The notes under the pieces are model-generated. The model saw nothing but the letters and a program-made list of their open reading frames with translations. It was not told the origin of the DNA and did not search any database. A program made the position numbers and the translations under genes. DNA of 52,158 bases, taken from contig CAMODU010000002.1 in NCBI GenBank assembly GCA_946611605.1, forward strand, positions 1-52,158, read 5' to 3'. Positions 48,613 to 52,158 of this stretch are shown here, one piece after another (position 1 is the first letter of the stretch; each line of letters opens with the position of its first letter). Origin of the DNA: an uncultured bacterium. GTDB taxonomy: Bacteria; Bacillota_I; Bacilli_A; RF39; UBA660.

Positions 48613-51417
48613 ATGAAGAACGATTATGCAAGATTTAAACAACTTACTTTTGATGTTCTTTTAGATGAATTATCTAATGACATTGATAATCTATATAAAT
48701 CATATAGTTTTCTTGACATCTCAAAAGAAGAGTTTAATAGTATAATAAATCCAGCCGTTCAAGAAGCTTTTTCTAAATATAATAATAAAGAAAAATTGGA
48801 TTATAAAACATTCTTTGTTAATGTGATAAAACATGAGATAAAGGTATTCTTTATTAAGTTTCAACAAAATGAAAGATATAGAGACGTAATAAATAATTAT
48901 GTAAAAGCTACATTAAAAAAAGCAAATAGTATAAATGATATTATACATGAAATGACTAAGTTCTCAAGATTTATAGCTGAAAGCCAAATTATGGTAGGCC
49001 CAGATGTTTTGACCTTCTTGATCGAAAATAACGATATTATCCACAATTATATGATAATGATATTTAACAAGTATCAGTCAAAAATAGAAGATGGGACTTA
49101 TATAGATATATTTGAAGATGTTACCTTAACATCATTAATTGAAACATATGCATCCATGAATGATATAGAAATTAAAATGGATTTGGATGTAGAAAATGTA
49201 AGTGTATATGTAAGTGATTCAGAAGATAAATCTTATACAGATTCAACTAAATTATATTTAAAGGAAATAGGTAAAATTCCTTTGTTAAAATTAGATGAAG
49301 AAGTTAGATATGGTTATAGAATGATGGAGGGAGATCCAATTGCTAAGAAGAAACTAGTTGAAGCAAATCTTAGATTAGTTGTATCTATTGCCAAAAGATA
49401 TGTAGGACGTGGTTTATTATTTCAAGATTTAATAGAAGAAGGTAATCTTGGATTAATGAAAGCAGTAGAAGCATTTGATGTACGAAAGGGATACAAGTTT
49501 TCAACATATGCAACATGGTGGATTAGACAAAGTATTACCCGTTCTATAGCTGACCATGGACGTAACATAAGAATACCTGTACATATGGTTGAAAAAGTAA
49601 ATAAGTTTAATCGTGTAGTAGCTGATATAGCAAAAAAACTAGGAAGAGAACCAACTAATGAAGATATTCAAGCGGCTACTGGACTATCTAGAGAAACTAT
49701 AGATTATTTATTTAAGTTAGGCGCCGATACGGTATCAATTCATACTCAAATAGGTGATGAAGAAGAATCAGAATTAATTGATTTTATACCTGATGATCAA
49801 CATGTTGTTGAAGATGCAGCCTTGTTGAATAAAATGTCAAGTGATATGAAAGAAGCATTACTTGAATCTAAACTAACTGAGAAAGAATTAAAAGTAATAA
49901 TATTAAGATTTGGATTAGATACAGGAACAGGTAGAACTCTTGAAGAAGTAGGTAAAATATTTAAAGTTACACGTGAAAGAATTAGGCAAATAGAAGCTAA
50001 AGCTTTAAGAAAATTAAAGAGTAGTCCTAAATTTAGAAATAAAATGAAAGGATATATAGATGAAGATTCTATTCCTGATGATGTATTAATTGAAAAGAAG
50101 AAGAAAACTAGAAAAAAAGGCGAGTTTTCTGATATGAAATTATTAAATGATTATAAACTAGATACCGTTGATTTTAATAGATCTGGAAAAGGAAGAAAAA
50201 AAGGTAAAGTAAGAGGAGATAAATACGAAGGTGATTTATATCAAGATGATAAACCTAGAGTATCATCTTATAAAAAAGTAAAACCTAAGTCAGAATCTTT
50301 AATACAAGTAGAAGTTAAAAAAGATATTAAAGATATTGTACTTGAAAACAAAACAAAAGAACCAAAACCTAAAACATATATTAGACGTGATATTGATATT
50401 ACTCCTGAAGTAATTGATGCATTAGATAAATGTAGTTTAAGTAATAATATGATGGCTGCATTTAAACTAATACATGGTATAGATGATGGTGTAAAAAAGA
50501 CATTAAGAGAAGTATCTAGTATCATGGGTATCTCTTATGAAAGAGTAAGACAGTTAAATAATAAAGCAATTGATAAAATAAATAATTATTTATCTAATAA
50601 AGATAAAGGGGATATTAAACCAGATATGGATTTAATAATAGATGAAGATATTAAAGAACTTGAAGATTCAAAAGAAGAATTAAAAGATATAGTTGATGAA
50701 ATTAACATGGTCAAATCTATAAGAGAAATACTTAAAGGAAAGAAAGAAGGAACAAGGATGGGAAGAAAGAAAAAGGAAGTAACAGAAGATATGCATAAAG
50801 TAATAGATGCTAAACCATCAAGAAAGAAGTTTGAGAATATATATACTTACTATGAAGCAACTCCTGAAATAATAGATGAAGCATTAACACATTTATCTTT
50901 AGAAGAATTACAATTATTAAAGAAGAAATTTGGTGGCAATTTTGAAAATCCAACATTAACTAAATTATCTAAAGAAGAAAATGCTAAAGTATATGGAAGT
51001 CTTATAAAAAAATTAGAAACTGCTATTAGAAAGATTCAATTAAAGAATGTAGTTCCTGAAAAGAAAGATAATATAGTTGAAATGCCAATTCAAAAAACAG
51101 AAGAACAACTACTTGATGAAGTAGAAGATAATATTCAAACTCATGAAGAAGAAGGATTATTTATTCCATTAGAATCTGATTATATGAGATATCTGTTATC
51201 ATATGCATATGATGAATTATATGATAAATTAACATTACAAGAAGGTTTAATGTTATCTTTAATGGTAGGTAAATATGATAATATAATGCATACTAACGAA
51301 GAAATTAAAGAATCACTTAATTTAGATGAATTAGGTTATTATGATGTATTTAGAAGTATTATTAATAAATATCAAGATGTAATCAACAATGTAAACAATC
51401 ATAACAAAACTAAATAA
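48613..51417 (+). CDS. sigA: Group-1 (SigA/RpoD-type) sigma factor with a long N-terminal region and a roughly 450-aa C-terminal extension
   Basis: Residues 210-470 are a complete SigA core. Region 1.2 is [16 protein letters not shown]. Region 2 is [42 protein letters not shown]. Region 3 is [13 protein letters not shown]. Region 4.2 is [30 protein letters not shown]. subtilis SigA would end about 15 aa later, but this ORF continues to residue 934. Confidence 0.85.
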   Translation: MKNDYARFKQLTFDVLLDELSNDIDNLYKSYSFLDISKEEFNSIINPAVQEAFSKYNNKEKLDYKTFFVNVIKHEIKVFFIKFQQNERYRDVINNYVKATLKKANSINDIIHEMTKFSRFIAESQIMVGPDVLTFLIENNDIIHNYMIMIFNKYQSKIEDGTYIDIFEDVTLTSLIETYASMNDIEIKMDLDVENVSVYVSDSEDKSYTDSTKLYLKEIGKIPLLKLDEEVRYGYRMMEGDPIAKKKLVEANLRLVVSIAKRYVGRGLLFQDLIEEGNLGLMKAVEAFDVRKGYKFSTYATWWIRQSITRSIADHGRNIRIPVHMVEKVNKFNRVVADIAKKLGREPTNEDIQAATGLSRETIDYLFKLGADTVSIHTQIGDEEESELIDFIPDDQHVVEDAALLNKMSSDMKEALLESKLTEKELKVIILRFGLDTGTGRTLEEVGKIFKVTRERIRQIEAKALRKLKSSPKFRNKMKGYIDEDSIPDDVLIEKKKKTRKKGEFSDMKLLNDYKLDTVDFNRSGKGRKKGKVRGDKYEGDLYQDDKPRVSSYKKVKPKSESLIQVEVKKDIKDIVLENKTKEPKPKTYIRRDIDITPEVIDALDKCSLSNNMMAAFKLIHGIDDGVKKTLREVSSIMGISYERVRQLNNKAIDKINNYLSNKDKGDIKPDMDLIIDEDIKELEDSKEELKDIVDEINMVKSIREILKGKKEGTRMGRKKKEVTEDMHKVIDAKPSRKKFENIYTYYEATPEIIDEALTHLSLEELQLLKKKFGGNFENPTLTKLSKEENAKVYGSLIKKLETAIRKIQLKNVVPEKKDNIVEMPIQKTEEQLLDEVEDNIQTHEEEGLFIPLESDYMRYLLSYAYDELYDKLTLQEGLMLSLMVGKYDNIMHTNEEIKESLNLDELGYYDVFRSIINKYQDVINNVNNHNKTK

Positions 51418-51458
51418 TAAAGATAAAGTATTATATAATTATATTAGGAAGTGATATT

Positions 51459-51995
51459 ATGCTTAAATATCCTAAATTAAATGATAAAGCACACTATGAA
51501 TCGTTTCTAGGTGGAGATGCTACCAAGTTAGCTCAATTTAATACTTTATGGAATGATTATATAAGAGTAGATATTAATGATTATATTTCTAGATTTAATG
51601 CTTTAGAAGGAACAGGAGATGTAGTTTTATTAACTGCATTACAATCTGAAGTAGAAGCATCATTTAATTCTATGAAATCTTATCATGGTCACTTTGGAGA
51701 TATAAATGTTGAAAAAGCAGCAAATGATATGTATATGGAATTATCTAAAGTAAGATCAGCTGTTCAAAGTGAAATAAGAATACATACAAGAGTAGCAAAA
51801 ACATCTTTAGGAGATAAGATATTAAAAGCTAAGAAAGCAATGGGCAAAGCTAAACATGGAATTAATAAAGTAGTAGATGCATATGAAGCATTCTCAGCAC
51901 CTGCTAATGATATATTTGAAGGAGCCAATAAAGCTATTAACTCTGGTGGAGAAAATATATACGAAAAGATTGGTAACTTTGGTAAACGTAAATAA
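51459..51995 (+). CDS. Hypothetical protein (178 aa)
   Basis: RBS is GGAAGTGAT. No TM and no recognised motif. Confidence 0.55.
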   Translation: MLKYPKLNDKAHYESFLGGDATKLAQFNTLWNDYIRVDINDYISRFNALEGTGDVVLLTALQSEVEASFNSMKSYHGHFGDINVEKAANDMYMELSKVRSAVQSEIRIHTRVAKTSLGDKILKAKKAMGKAKHGINKVVDAYEAFSAPANDIFEGANKAINSGGENIYEKIGNFGKRK

Positions 51996-52026
51996 AAGAT
52001 ATAACAATTAAGTTATATCTTTTTTA
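51996..52026 (+). terminator. Intrinsic terminator
   Basis: AAGATATAAC (51996-52005) pairs with GTTATATCTT (52012-52021), followed by a T-run. Confidence 0.75.
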
Positions 52027-52053
52027 TTGATATAATATAAATAGGTGATACTT

Positions 52054-52158
52054 ATGAATATAGAAGAAAAAGATGTTATAAGTTACATATCATTTGTTCT
52101 TAATAGATATATTAAAGAAAAAAGAGTATTAGATAAAGTAGGATGTGATGAATTAGTT
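52054..52158 (+). CDS. 5' end of an unidentified CDS running out of the window (partial)
   Basis: AGGTGAT SD at 52043-52049 precedes ATG 52054. The frame is open to the window end (MNIEEKDVISYISFVLNRYIKEKRVLDKVGCDELV). Confidence 0.5.
   Translation, partial: MNIEEKDVISYISFVLNRYIKEKRVLDKVGCDELV

Noticed and set aside
7070-50525. The remaining short nested or antisense ORFs from the track: 7070-7258, 14657-14869, 18359-18583, 23204-23443, 26426-26662, 35995-36264, 41625-41852, 46727-47035 and 50268-50525
   Set aside because: Each overlaps a long gene with clear family motifs (polA, nrdD/nrdG, ezrA, rel, mraY, sigA and others) or a promoter region. None has a plausible SD or a recognisable motif.
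1-52158. A search for rRNA, tRNA, tmRNA, CRISPR arrays, transposases, integrases, prophage modules and known defence genes
   Set aside because: I found none. All intergenic regions longer than 150 nt are accounted for by promoters, leaders or terminators described above. The only tandem repeats are in-frame coding repeats.

Overview
This 52.2 kb window comes from a very AT-rich chromosome (GC about 30% or lower, judged by eye). It looks like Bacillota (Firmicutes): there is a T-box leader, a CIRCE operator, ezrA, a sortase with a cell-wall sorting signal, and a SipW-type peptidase. Nearly all genes are on the + strand and most are followed by a clear hairpin plus T-run terminator. The Shine-Dalgarno is usually AGGTGAT a few nt before an ATG. 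The GTG inside that motif is an ORF-track artefact, so I moved about a dozen starts to the downstream ATG. Housekeeping genes identified from motifs: glf, tyrS (with a T-box), rpsD, polA, mutM, nrdD-nrdG, an iPGM-like gene plus a PMM/PGM, ezrA with a cysteine desulfurase, trpS, a Rel/SpoT homologue, hsp20 (with CIRCE), mraY, recA and a SigA-type sigma factor. Cell-envelope genes sit between them. The strongest candidate for an undescribed system is the cassette at 2896-5928. It encodes a small secreted protein, a SipW-type (ER/archaeal-type) signal peptidase fused to a roughly 8-TM domain, and a two-TM partner. The roughly 160-aa N-terminal module of the small protein, including a conserved GFA|xVTT(Q/N)L signal-peptide junction, recurs at the N-terminus of two large adhesin-like proteins elsewhere: a 1366-aa beta-helix protein at 30059 and an 869-aa LRR protein at 38518. 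Other unusual loci: an adjacent dockerin-autolysin and membrane cohesin pair; a class-B-like sortase with a 200-aa charged cytoplasmic extension next to an IPHTG substrate; a 934-aa SigA with a 450-aa C-terminal extension holding extra region-4-like modules; an unclassified structured leader with a terminator upstream of a DUF362-like gene; a very compact tyrS T-box; an iPGM homologue with the nucleophile Ser replaced by Cys; a truncated Rel homologue with the catalytic Glu replaced by Gln; and a small ORF frameshifted right after its start codon. I saw no rRNA, tRNA, CRISPR array, transposase or integrase. All family assignments rest on motifs I recognise by eye. No searches were run.
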